64,000 nucleotides of DNA from Haliotis rufescens. Lineage: Eukaryota. The notes beneath the pieces are model-generated. The model was not told where the DNA came from, did no database searches, and saw only the letters and a program-made list of their open reading frames with translations. The position numbers and the translations under genes are program-made. Every line of letters starts with the position of its first letter. The first letter of the stretch is position 1. The stretch is from the NCBI RefSeq assembly GCF_023055435.1, contig NW_025963890.1, forward strand, positions 13,206,001 through 13,270,000, written 5' to 3'. Below are positions 49,010 through 62,600 of this stretch, piece after piece.

Positions 49010-49445
49010 AGTTACTTATGTTGCTAATGTTACTTAAGTACTTATGTACTTATGTTACTTATGTTACTTATGTACTTATGTTACTTATGTTACTTATGTT
49101 ACTTATGTACTTATGTTACTTATGTCACTTATGTACTTATGTTACTTATGTTACTTATGTTACTGATGTAACTTATGTTACTTATGTACTTATGTTACTT
49201 ATGTTACTTATGTAATTTATGTTACTGATGTAACTTATGTTACTTATGTACTTAGGTGTCTTAGGTTACTTATGTTACTGATGTAACTTATGTTACTTCT
49301 GTACTTATGTTACTTATGTAACTTATGTTACTATGTTACTTAAGTACTTATGTTACTTATGTTACTTATGTACTTATGTTACTTATGTAACTTATGTAAC
49401 TTATGTTACTTATGCACTTATGTTACTTATGTAACTTATGTTCCT
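49010..49445. repeat. Micro/minisatellite (TTATGTTAC/TTATGTAC)n
   Basis: 8-9 bp tandem units. Confidence 0.95.
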
Positions 49446-50007
49446 TTATTTACCTACATTGTTGTCAATCATGGTAAAGAACATTTAATTCCAAAGTATG
49501 ATAGTGTTTTACTGACTGGTATAATTTGTCAGTCTGACAAAGACATCCAATTTTAGGCAATTTGTGAATCAAGCAATTTGTAAATTGAATGGAATTTTCA
49601 GTTCTTTTATAAAGTGATTGAGTTTAGACATATGCAGTAACTTGCACGTGATTCATGGGTCTTCACTACGTTGAGAGGATTATTTTATCCGGTAATGTGT
49701 TAATCCGGACTATTACATAGCAACGAAGCCGTCCGGATAAACGAGGTTCACCACATCGGAGCGTGCAAATAATGTTGTACTATAATCACCTATCTCAGAA
49801 ATATAATCTTTAGTTGGCTGTGTTTTAGTCTTAAACCTGCTATTTCATTTAGAAATAATATGAACACTTTTTATTGTTTATTAGTTGAACTTTTCACAGT
49901 ACAAATGTATCGATTCTATGGCACAGTATTTCACAGTGAGTACACGTATATGAATTCAAAGAAGATGCTTCAAAACTACACAGGCAACATAAGAAAATAC
50001 TGTACAG

Positions 50008-50114
50008 GGGCCCGTTTCACAAAGCGATCGTAGGGCTACGACTGCCGTAACTCCTATACTTTAACATAGATTTACGACAGTCTTAGCGCTACGATCTCTT
50101 TGTGAAACGGGCCC
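50008..50114. mobile_element. PIF/Harbinger (Tourist-like) MITE, TSD CAG
   Basis: Perfect 17-bp TIR GGGCCCGTTTCACAAAG; CAG at 50005-50007 and 50115-50117. Confidence 0.88.
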
Positions 50115-50479
50115 CAGATTCTCAAAATGCCCGTTACTGACCTACAAACAGGACTTGTTTCTGTGTGGTGTAAAGTAAGTATAACTATATTTTACACTAA
50201 TGTCAATTAACGTCCAAACTATGAATTATTCAAATGCGGTATGCATATAAATCGGAATTTCTGCTTAGGTTGGCAAAATCAAAACACGGAAATTGGGTAA
50301 AGAATTATCTCAAGCTTTAGATGTATCGATAGTCTGTCTCACAGCCCCTAAGCCATATTATTTTCCCTTTTACCCAGCCCTTTCTGTAATGCAAAAGCCC
50401 TAGATGAAGCAAGTCTAGATTTTCCTCAGCTTCTGAATCTCCTATCTCAATTTAAATGTAGTTGTTTCTTTCTGTCAAA

Positions 50480-51260
50480 TTCATATATTTTCAGAGACGA
50501 AGTGTTAGTCTAGTGTATCGATGATCTGATATCGTTTAAATAGCCAATTTCCTTCCACTGATTAACCCATGAAATATGTGTAAAAGAGGCCACTGAAACA
50601 GCCTCTTAAGTTTCATATTTAGATATATACATAAAAAATCAGAGTTACAGCTAACTATAAACAAGACTGAATGACTAGAGGGGCGATTTCAACTTTCCAA
50701 TACTCAACTTTCCTGTTATTTTGAGCAATATTCAAGCAGCTCCAGCCTTTGGTGTCTACATTACACAACATTTGAGGTACAATCGAGCTGCTATTTCTAC
50801 GAAGATTTCAAAGAGTGTCATACGACTCTTTCTCAAAAGGGGGCGGTCGGGTAGCCTAGTGGTTAAAGCGTTCGCTCGTCACGCCGAAGACCCGGGTTCG
50901 ATTCCCGACATGGGTACAATGTGTGAAGCCCATTTCTGGTGACCCCCGCCGTGATATTGCTGGAATATTGCTAAAAGCGGCGTAAAAACATACTCACTCA
51001 CTCACTCACTTTCTCAAAAGTTGTTTGATACCGGTTACGACATTCAAGGTCTTAGTAAAGCTTTCCAAACGTTTTATCGCAGACATGTGGAAGACATCAG
51101 TGACAACAATGAAGTCCGATGCAGTTCCTTATTTAACTTGTACCATATGTTCCCATGTTTTATAAGGTAAACACTTGACTTGCCCTTCCATGTGTTTGTG
51201 ACAGATACCCCGGTGGGGCAGGATACGCTCACCGTTTTGCGAAAACCTGGTATCATCACT
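50480..51260 (+). mobile_element. Penelope-like element RT C-terminal fragment, interrupted by a SINE
   Basis: KEATETAS*VSYLDI..DFNFPILNFPVILSNIQAAPAFGVYITQHLRYNRA..KLFDTGY..AFQTFYRRH. Confidence 0.75.
50840..51008 (+). mobile_element. SINE family A, TSD CTTTCTCAAAAG
   Basis: 12-bp TSD; near-consensus. Confidence 0.95.
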
Positions 51261-52685
51261 ATTTTCTTAGTGATTTATAAGCACTTGATTATGATATAGT
51301 CTGAATCGCACAATGGCCGTTGCTTTAATACGATATAACTTCTGTTAGATTCTTATTCTCACTCGAATGCATAAAGAAACAGGTCATATTGTAAGATGCA
51401 AAGCATATACAATTATATCAGGCTGTATGTGTACCTTATAATATTAAGGTAAATGGCATATTTTAATGTAAATGTACAGATAATACACTGTTATGTTTAT
51501 ATTTGCAGTGCGTCTATTTTGAAGTTGAAATACGGCATCAACAACGACAAAGCTATTTTTCGTAATTTGCCAATACGGTCTTTGCATATGAATAGAAGTA
51601 AGCGAGAAGCATTTCTTATTTATAGGTAAAGAGAAAGAGATGACTTAATTCCATAACAGTACTCAATAGAACACAGACAGAACAGATGGCTCATTTCATC
51701 AACAAAGATATGTGTCAACGCACCCTGAACGTCACAATCATATACACTGCTTACAACCGAATAGTATGCACACATTCCAACAAGCAGTAGAAAATTCTGT
51801 TTCTCGGCGTCTAATAATCGATACTGGACTAGACAAACCAGTTATTAATAGCATGAGCAAAGTCCCACACTGGGTACAATGACACCCAATGAAGCTAGTC
51901 ATCGAGCTTGATCACCCAATCCATTTAGACGCCTCTTTACGACATCAACAGGTTACTATGAGCCGTTATAAACCGAATCCCTTTCGGGGATTGTGTAGAA
52001 TATTACCAAATGGGATTAATTCCATACACATGAATAACATATATTAAATCAACGTTTAAAACAAATAGAAGACAATTATTATAGCCTCAAACAGCAACCC
52101 TCGCACATGACCAGATACATTAGGTATAAGCATGATATCTACATTCCGTATCTTATTATAGCGCTGACAAGGCTTAGTTGCAAAAGTTCAAAAGATACCA
52201 ACACAGGTCTGTCAGGACGGTCACGTTTCAATCAATTACATTGTAAACTGTAAAACGTTTACGTGACTTAATTAAGACTTACTTAAGACCACTTTCACCT
52301 TTTATCAACATTTCAGTTGTTGAATTAAGTAACAGTGCCATTAGGCATGGTATCTAGATGCCTATTTTTTCATATTTAAATTAAAGCGACAATTAAAACC
52401 CTTTCAACAATCAAACAGAAATATCTGCTAAAAGTAGAGCCAGTGTATGATTCCGACTATTTCATAAGCATGTGTTTATGAATCACAATAAAATGGTGAT
52501 GATAACAGGTTCAAAATATGTTTCATTACTTTCTAACTTCTGAACATCAAATATTCCGATAGTAGCAAATGCAATTAAATGAGATTTCATAAAGATTGTA
52601 TCACGTTAGTTTCAATGAGATACACGATTACACAAATCAAATTGATGATACAAAATCCCGAAACCATCAGGCACCTAATTGGTCA

Positions 52686-52842
52686 GTGAGTGAGGTTTTA
52701 TGCCGATTTTATCAATATTCCTGTACAATCACTGCTGGGGAAACTGGAAATGGACTTAACACATTGTACCCATGTTGGGACTCGACCTAGGGATTTCGGC
52801 GTGACAACGGAAAGATTTTACCACTAGGCAACCACAACGCCG
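52686..52842 (-). mobile_element. SINE family A, degenerate
   Basis: Homology to family A; further relics at ~17731-17870 and ~11090-11170. Confidence 0.65.
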
Positions 52843-52889
52843 AGACAAAAAATGAACTACACGATGGTCATTTTTGGGGGGTTTTTTTA

Positions 52890-52890
<1 letters not shown>

Positions 52891-52944
<54 letters not shown>
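52891..52944. repeat. (GTA)n microsatellite
   Basis: Direct observation. Confidence 0.97.
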
Positions 52945-53487
52945 TACAGATTAAAATTAATAAAATATGCAGCAAAGAGAGTTTGGGTGACGCTGGTGCA
53001 GCCAGTGAGTCAAGTTTAGTGCAACTCAATATACAGTTTGCACACACAATTATGTTATATAGTCATGTATTTATATAATCAAGGGCATGCAGACGTAGTT
53101 CTCGAATGCATTATACAAACATGTCTTCTCTTCCATCCAGAGTAGATGCATCATTGCTGTTGAACTAATTGACTTTGCTACTGGTTCAATCTATCATGAT
53201 AACATACTTCACCTTCTGGTGCAATCAACAAAGATAACATACACCAAAGTCCAGACCCCTTGCGCTGCGTATTAAATGCTAATTAATATCAGGGCCATGC
53301 TTTCGTGAACACATGCCCCAAACCTGTATTACAATAAGATGATATATGCGATGTTCATTTAGTAGAACGATGTATATGGGTGGCTGTATCGGCAATCTGT
53401 CAAGTTCAATATGGACAAAAGTCACTGATAACTCTGACCGACACCTGCAATAGATGTCACCTTTGCCCACCCCACTTCTGATACCTG

Positions 53488-53521
53488 TATATAAAACTCA
53501 ACAGTGGGCATTGGCTTCAGA
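53488..53521 (+). promoter_or_regulatory. TATA box (TATATAAAA) and Inr-like TTCAGA of the LLTP gene
   Basis: TATA at 53488-53496, Inr ~30 bp downstream, ATG at 53632. Confidence 0.7.
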
Positions 53522-53631
53522 AACCACGACGAACGCTGTGACACACGTTCCATTACACTTCACGGTGTCAAGCAAGCAGCCAACATATAGACACACGACT
53601 GCGGGAAGGGTCTCCCCAAGAACCCAACACA

Positions 53632-53686
53632 ATGTATTCAACAACAGCCTTTACGCTGTTAGCTCTGCTAGCAAGTGCACTGGCAG
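53632..53686 (+). CDS. LLTP exon 1 (signal peptide)
   Basis: ACAATG start; G|GTAAGT donor. Confidence 0.85.
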
Positions 53687-56600
53687 GTAAGTCTTCAGAC
53701 TTTGAATGTGTACCTGCACTAGTGGAATGATATATTTCAGGTTTGGTTTTTTTTGACGGACCAGGTCGGATTAGGTCCCTTTTGGGGCCACATGATCTGC
53801 TTGATTTAAGAATTAAGAAAACTATTAGAGTTGTTATGAAAGTTATCAGGTGTGTTAATATATGCATTAGACTTTCTTCATTACATGTTTAGGAATTGTG
53901 ACAACACTAGATGTACCAGGCCGATATTAGAGATGTTCAGGAAGCGTGTTTCTAATATTTGACCAAAGAGCAAATCTTTGATCCAAACTTTTTTTTATTG
54001 AATATATAGTTGGTTGGTTGCTTGGTTGTTTTACGCCGCCCTCAGCACTATTCTAGCTATATGACGGCGGTCTGTAAATAATCGAGTCTGGACCAGACAA
54101 TCCAGTGATCCAGTGAGCATCAACCAAGTCAGCGAGCCTGACCACCCGATCCCGTTAGTCGCCTCTTACGACAAGCATAGTCGCCTTCTACGGCAAGCAT
54201 GGGTTGCTGAAGACCTAGTCTAACCCCGGATCTTCACGGGTCTGGATAAATATACAGTGCACATACGTGCTACATAATTCATCTAAGGTCATAGTCTTAG
54301 TTAAACTTAGATCTACATTTTAAAACACAGTCCTTTTTCGCTTTTTTAGCCACACTTCTGTATTTGATCATGTGCGAAGTTCAAAATATGCACCGGTAAC
54401 GATGAACAATAGCTATCTGTAAGCCAATTGAACTTTCTGATATTTTCACATCATTGATTCAAAGGTATCTGCAACATCAAAATTTGACATTTCCAGAGGA
54501 CAAAAAACTCATCATTCTTGCTTATCCTTTTGAATGGTTACATGTTCGCTTTCCTCATCACCTATTTGTCGATTGGTATAAGCCTTAACGTGAGCTATAA
54601 ATGTTGAAATTGATCACCTTAGATATTCAGTTATAGGCTACCTTTTTATATACCTTTAGTTCATTGTTAAATTCAAACAACGTTATGAGGTAACACTTAA
54701 AATATCGAGCTCTTAGGTTATTGGTGTTGTAGTTTCAAATGTTCCACGTGTGTGAGGTCATAGTACAACATGACACCACTTTGCAAATGTGACACACTGG
54801 AGGAAGGTGTTACAGTCTAACTCTTCATCAAAAGAATTTCTTTCCACCATACCAATCCTAACAAGGATTTCATAGTTTCACATAGCTAATTTTCGATACC
54901 ATTCATTTCTCTATATATTGTTGATTAAACATGATATTTTATACTAGGGCCAATCACCTACCAGTCACGCGATGAAACGACATCCTGCGCCAGACGATGC
55001 CGAGGTAAGTAAAATAGCTTAGTTTGTAATGACTGCTGATCTTGTCTTAATCTACATATCTATAATAAAAACTGTTTGAAAAATACATATCGATGTTTGT
55101 GGACAGAACTGATATCAGTTGTTTTCATTTTTGTGTCAGACATGAACAAGTTCAACTACCTCCCAGGAACAACCTATGAATTCGATTATAATGTTCAGAC
55201 ACATACATCTATGGAAGGAGCTTCTGGTGATCAAGCGACTCTTGGTATCCGGGCAACTGCTGACATTGAGGTGCTGTCTAAGTGCGACATGGCTCTTAGG
55301 GTAGGTGCAAGTACACACATTCATTAGAGCAATGTCCAATACACCATAACATTGTGAGAAATATGCGCGATGTGTAAAAAAGGGCATCTCTCTTCTATTG
55401 TACAAACATGTGTTTCAGCTGCGAGATGTGAAGGTATATCAGTCTGATCCATCAACCTCTACACCAATGAAATACGCTGATGAGTCAGGCGAGTTCAGAA
55501 GGAATCTAGAGCGATTCCCCCTCCGCTTTTCCTTCCAAGATGGCATAGTAGAAGAACTGTGTCCAGCTGAGGGTGAAACCACATGGGCTCTCAACATCAA
55601 GAGAGGTCTTCTCACTGCTGTTCAGAACAGTATGGATAACCTGGAAAAGAACCAGATAGTACAAGAGGTAAAACAAACATGTTTTTCTTGTGTTTTAAAA
55701 CTGTATTATGTATAATTTGTATAACATGCATGTATTGGGATACATATGCAAAAGTTCTATCCTTGATGTCCCCAGAGTGACGTCACAGGCGAGTGCAACA
55801 CCAACTACACGGTGGCATCACATGGCTGGTACTCTACAACAATTAAGAAGACCAAGGATCTCCTAGGTTGCACTGATCGTAATGGTTATCACAGTTCCGT
55901 CCATGGCATGCAGTACAGAGTTCCTTCAGAGATCCAGTCTCTGCCCCTCATGAAGAGTACACACGAATGTGAACAAGAACTGGACAAGAATGGACTCCTC
56001 AAGAGTGCGCTCATCCGGGAGACCCACACATTCAGACCTTTCTCCAGGGCCACCAGCGGTGCCACCACCAAAATCCTTCAGAGACTCAACTACAAGACTC
56101 AGAGATCTGGTGTTACCACAAGACAAGGTGATCAGTCTATACATCTCATTGTGCTAGTTTCGCCGATGACACAATACTTAAAGATCATTAAATACATATA
56201 ATCATCACCTTTAATAAATGTTCCTCAGGATCGTACATACTTAATTTATTATTTACACGTTCTAGATTACATTCGGAATCGGGTAGGAGTTGTGTTTGAA
56301 CATGCCTATGGACCAGGAAACAAAGACCAACCAATGAGAGATGCTGAGAGTAAACTGCGAGAGATCTGTCAGAATACACGCGAGGATATCCGCCCCGACA
56401 CTCCACGCTTGTTCTCTGAGCTTGTGTACATCATCAAAAATCTGGATGTTGATAACCTTAGAAGTGTCTACCAGCAAGTAAAGTCTGGAGCTACCTGCAC
56501 TGACAACAGCGAGAGAGTCAAGTTAGTATAAACACTTGAAGTGACACAAACATATTGCATATCATATATACCATTCCTGAAAATCCTTTCAACAACAATC

Positions 56601-59600
56601 CTTGATAAACATCTGTACATCCTTTTTTATTAATCCTTCAATTTTGGTTGCTTCTAGGAAGTTTTTCCTGGACACTATCCCGATGGCCAGTACACGTGCA
56701 TCTGTTACGTTCTTGAAAGAAATTCTGCTAAAAAGAGAAGTCACTGGTGCACAGGCAACCATGTGGATCACTTCCCTGTCTCTCATCCACTACCCAACAC
56801 TGGAGATGTTGCAGGAAGTAAAGGTGAGCTGTTATTCACATCGCAGAAAAATCCCTAAAAGCAGTCAAAGAGACCTTCTTCCAAATCTAATATTCTCTCT
56901 GAATCTATTTATTTGTAGGCGCTTCTTGACACCCCACAGTACAGCAAGGCGGCCATGCTTCCGATCTCCACTATGGTCAACAACTATTGCAACCATCATG
57001 AAGCTTGTTCTGAGGAATCCACTATCACACGTATCATCTCTACCATGGAGAAGACCATTGGTTATGGCTGCTACATCAGAGATTCTAATCTGGAGACTAG
57101 TCTTGTTGCACTTCGTGCTCTCGGAAATGCAGGCCATGTGGACAGACTGACCACTACGCTTAGCAGCTGCTTCAACAAACAAGCCAACCCAATGGAGGTC
57201 CGAGTAGCTGCAATCCAGGCCTACAGAAGACTACCATGTACTGCCGATGTAAGTTATGGAACTGTATACGAAACTCACTCAGACATATGATATTTGCTAC
57301 ATTTAAATGTCAATAATTATTTAATAAAACCATAATGTCACAATATGTGTTTCATTCCAGAGAAGTGAAGTAATGACCATCTACCAAGATTCTGATGAGG
57401 ACTCTGAGTTGAGAATTGCTGCCTACTTGGCTGTGATGCAGTGCCCATCTGAAGACGTCTTGAGTACAATCCAAGGAACTCTCGAATCTGAGAAAGCTAA
57501 TCAAGTTGGAGCCTTTGTCTGGTCTCATCTTACCAACCTGATGGAAACATCCAGTCCACAGAAACAGACCATCAGACGAATCCTGGAGGACAAAACCCTC
57601 GGAAGGAATTTCGACCTCTCAACACTCAAGTATTCACGCAACTATGAAGGCTCTCTATTTCTGGAGAAGTTCAACACTGGTGCCATGCTGGAGAGTAATG
57701 TCATCTTTTCAGATAAATCCTTCATTCCTCGTTCTGCTATGCTCAACATGACAGTTGATCTCTTTGGGAACTCTCTCAATCTCTTTGAGCTGGGTGGACG
57801 CATGGAAGGAGTGGAGTATCTCATTGAGAACTACCTTGGCCCATACAGCTACTTTGGAGGAAAGGCAGCCAAGAAACCAAAGGTGCTTTTCTTATATATC
57901 CATCATTTAATTTCTCTTAAGTCTAAGAGCACACACAATACTTTTGCCATTCAAACATTTAGTACAGAACAATATACATGTATTTCAAATTGCTATTGGT
58001 TTCAGAGCAATGTCAACCTTGATCACCTCAGAGGAGACTTGTACATGAGGATCTTTGGCAATGAAATGTACTATGATCATTTCAAAGGCGTAGATCCATT
58101 GGCATCTATCAAGAACTTCAACTTTCTTGACTTCCTCATCAAGATGTCCAAGAAACAAGACTACTCTTTCACTCAGAGTATGATGATCCTGGACAGCAGC
58201 ATGATCATCCCCACCAGCTCCGGTCTTCCCCTCAATCTCACCGTCAACGGAACAGCAACCATCGACCTTCAGGCCTCTGGTCAAGTCGATCTCCGAAAAA
58301 TGACAACTTCACCAAGCAGTCTCCTCATTGAGGGACACATCAAGCCAAGGTTAATTTTAAGTTTTCAGTCCTTTTTAAGAAAATATTAAGTTTATCACAT
58401 TTGCCATGCAACTGTCCATAAAATATAAGTCTGAAACCATTGCCTTCTTTTTTAGTGGAGCTATCAAGATTGTTGGCACGATGAGCATGGATGCCTTCGT
58501 CACCAAAACAGGTCTTAGAGTTGTCAACACCTGGCATTCCAGCACTGCCTTGAAAGGGCGTGTAGAACTCAGCCGAGGAAAGATTCTTAGTGCAGACATT
58601 GACTTTCCTCAACAGAAGATGGAAATCCTAGATGTCAAGTAAGCATTTCTAATATTCAGGCGCTTCTATATACAAAGAATTCCCTTTTTATACACAAGCA
58701 AATATTTTAAGATAACTGTTATGCCTTTGCTTAGGAAACAACACTTCATAATCAATCCACTACATTAAGTGATAGAAACTAAGAAATATTAATAATGATA
58801 ATACGTCCACTTGTAACACGCTCAAACTCCTCAACAACGTGCTTGTGGGCATCTACACAAAACGGAAAGAGATTATGGGATGTTAGAATAAAGTTTGAAA
58901 ATATATATCTTAGCTTTGAAATGTACCAAAGAGTCAGCATATCTCAAGAAGTCAAGCAGATTATTCAAGTTATAAGCAGCTGCTACTCCGAAAGAGTGAT
59001 ATCAAAATGTTTTTAAGTTTATAAGCGGGGATATGAATGAGTGAGCGGACAAGAGTAGTTGCTGCTTCCTCCGTGATCAGTGAGTGAATAGTGCCAAAAT
59101 TGTTAATACAATCAATTAAAACATGATATTCAACATTTTTATGGACTAATATTTCCTTCCATATTCTACAGCACAGAGTTCTTCAGCATTCATGGTGATC
59201 AGGAGAAGAAACAAGACTTGGTCTCAGGCAACAGAAAGAAGCTGGAACTGTGCACAGGTGCCAGACTTGCCACCATTACCGGCCTTGAGCTCTGTAATGA
59301 GTTCCAGTGGCCTAATGCTTCTATGGTGGATAATGCTCCATACTTCCCCTTCACAGGGCCCTTCTCCCAAAGCCTAGTTCTTTACAAGAGGGACACACAC
59401 ACTGGCTACAAGCTCATGGCTAAACAATCAGTGGTGAGTTTGTAAATGAGTTCTTCTTTCAAAACAGTCACACGTTTCGGTGGTATGTGAATTTGTTACA
59501 GAAGAGACATTATGACATACATTTGTATGAAATAAGAAGTTCTCTGCTGAGAAATCATCTTTACTTAATTGAGCAACTAAGTTTTATTTTAATGGTAAAA

Positions 59601-62600
59601 AAGGTATATTTTTCTTTTTCAGAATCAGTATTCCTCTGTAGCTCAGATAGCTGTGAACACACCTGGATCCAGAACTGACCGATCTTTGGCTTTCGACTTT
59701 CTTCTAAATAAAAAAGATAAAGACCTTGAAATCAACCTAGCATCCCCATGGAAGAAGGCAGCATTCAAAGGTGTGTTGTTTGAATTGAGCCTCATTTACT
59801 GTCACATTTGAAGAAACATATAACTTTGTGATTTATTATGCTTAGATTGAAAGTAATACTATTCATGTCATACTACAGGGTCCATGGCATATGAAAGTAA
59901 CAAGATAGGCACAAGGGGCAATCTGATTGTCGATGAATCTTCAGAATATGGTATCATCAGTGAAGTGGGTATCAAGAAAGTAAAGACATTTGTTACCTAC
60001 ATCCCCCGAGTGGAGATCAGACGTCCTGGAGCCAAAGTCATCCTACTCAGTGGCACAGTTGAGGCTGAAGCACTCAAGAGAGCCAGTGTTGAGTTAACCC
60101 TTGCTGGGGTAACACCAAATGCAATCAGCTTTAGATGTAAGTTCACTTTTCAAAACTAACAATTATTCAATAAAATCATAGCACGTCAACATAAAAACAC
60201 AACTAAACACCATTTTTCATGTTTCTTTTATCTTACATTACTTTTGCAGCTGCCTTACTAAACTCTAAAATTGAGAAGAGTGTGATGGGTACCTTCAATC
60301 TTGCTCCAAAGCAGGACTACGTTCTCGAGGCTGGTTTGGTGTACCAGAACAGTGGCAGGAAGAAGTCCATCATCAAGGTCATCCCAACATTGACGGTGAA
60401 GACCCCAAAAGTTGAGGTCGTCTCACTCTCTGGTTCAGGAGACTACAAAGAGGGCAAATCACTCAAGGGCAGTCTGTCTCTAGATGTCCACAAGGTCTTG
60501 ACCAAACCAATCACTCTCAAATGTAAGTGTTATGGAACGGAACATGCCTCAAAGAAACTAACTTAAGGAATATTTAGGGATGCAGACATATAGTTCACAA
60601 TCACAATTTAGTATCAGATATTCACAAACCTGTGGATATTGATATTTAGTAATCTAATATTAATGAGTGGAGAAACATGTATATGTTAGTACTTAACTCC
60701 GTTAACCAGGTAAACTGAAATTTTCAATGGTTGATTACTTTGCTGTTGCAAATGATGATGAATAATTCCAAATAACAAACATTTAACCACAGTATCTAGT
60801 GAAGATTATGATTATTAATTTATGCATATATGTCCAAATCAGGTAACATCAAGAAGACAGGTGGTACCAAAAGCAAGTACACTGGAAGTGTAACGGTGTC
60901 CTCCCATTTTCTGGTCACCAAGGTTAGTGGCAACGTGCAGACCAAGATGAACACAGTCAGCTCCTTTATAACTCTCGACTACAACCTGCCTAAGATCCGA
61001 AGTATCAAGAAGGACAAGATCACATTCAGCTCTAAATACACTGATCGTAGCACCAAGTCCCTCTGGAACTACCAGCTCAACACGTAAGTTACATTTGTAA
61101 ACATTGACATATCAACCTCTTATACATCAGGACAGTGTCACAACCTTAGTAATAGCAAAGTTGAATTGCAAACGTATGCATCATGTGTGTAGACATTATG
61201 ATTTTTTTCCAGAAACTTCGAAGACAAGAGATTCCCTCAGGTGAACTTCTTCACAGATATGGACTTCTCTCACAACAAGAAACACACAGAAGCTGGTGCA
61301 GCTTTCAGATATGGACCCAAATCCAAGGACTCCTCCCGCCAGATCACAGGTTATGCTCTAGTCAACCATGACATGGGCTCCAAAGCCAAAGTTGACTACA
61401 CAATGAAAACTACTCTGGGACCACTGGTAAGTCATTTGATTGTACATAGCATAACAATAAGGCCAAATATACAGCTAAAAATCAACTAAACATAATAAAT
61501 AATAATATTATAGTTATATACCAAAGAAATTTATCATCTGTATAGCAGTTGTTACTAAATGGTTGCTTTGATTTTCATTTCAGGATGTAAAATTGAGCCT
61601 GAAAGGAAAGCACGCCCAAGACAGTCGCAATCTGAATTCCTCCATGACATTTGCCTATGGCAAAGGAAATACAATTGATGCTGCTCTCAATCTTAGAAAC
61701 AGTGGAAAAAGGACACTTTATCTCTTGGGTGAAGCTAGCCTCTCCTATCCAGGCAAAGAACTACGCCTGAATACCGATCTAATCCAGTCAAAGAAAGACT
61801 ACACACACTCCATGACCTTCTACATGGATAAAGAAAAGTCTACCATGGTAACAACCTACAAAAGACAGAAGGATACAGCCCACCAGGTGAAATCTAACAT
61901 CAACCTACATAACATCCAGCCAATCCAACTCACTGCTTCCACTAACCTGGATAACAAAGACCTCAAGGTTTCTGCTCAGGCTGATTATGCTGGCGAGGTT
62001 TACGGAATCAACACAGGCTATAAATACTCCAAGACATCATCTGCCAAGTGGAGCATGGACATGACATACCCCACAAGACATGTCATTCTTCAGGTCGAAG
62101 GGGGAAAGCGAGGTGTCACATATGAGGGCTCTGCTGATGTTAAGTGGGATGCTGATAAGGACATTTCCAGGAGATTCCTCCTCACAGGAAAACTCAACCT
62201 CAAGTCACTTGGCAATTTCGCTTCCACTGTTGCAATGAAATACCCAACCAGAGATGTGGAGTTCAATATCAAACATGCTAGTGGTGAACAGTATACAACC
62301 CGTGCTGATTTCTCTTGGGACACTGACAAGAAGGTCAAAGTAGACACATCTTTCAAAAGGGTCCCAAGACGAAATGGGCAGTCACTTGATGGCTCTGTGA
62401 GAGTGAAGACACCATTTGAAGGATTTGAGGAACTAATGGCCCAGGCCAGCAGTGACAACGATGACAAAAAATATGGCTCTACCATGCAATTCTCCTGGGG
62501 TGGAAAGAAGAATCAGATCTCTTCTGCTGTCAGCATGAAGAAACCCTTCTCTGTAAGAAACATAGACCTCACTATCACAGGAACATCCCCTTTCAAGGGA

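Noticed and set aside
48967-49556. Hydrophobic ORFs (LMLLM repeats); D-box-like TTATGTAAC sites
   Set aside because: Products of the 8-9 bp simple repeat, with no independent evidence of function.
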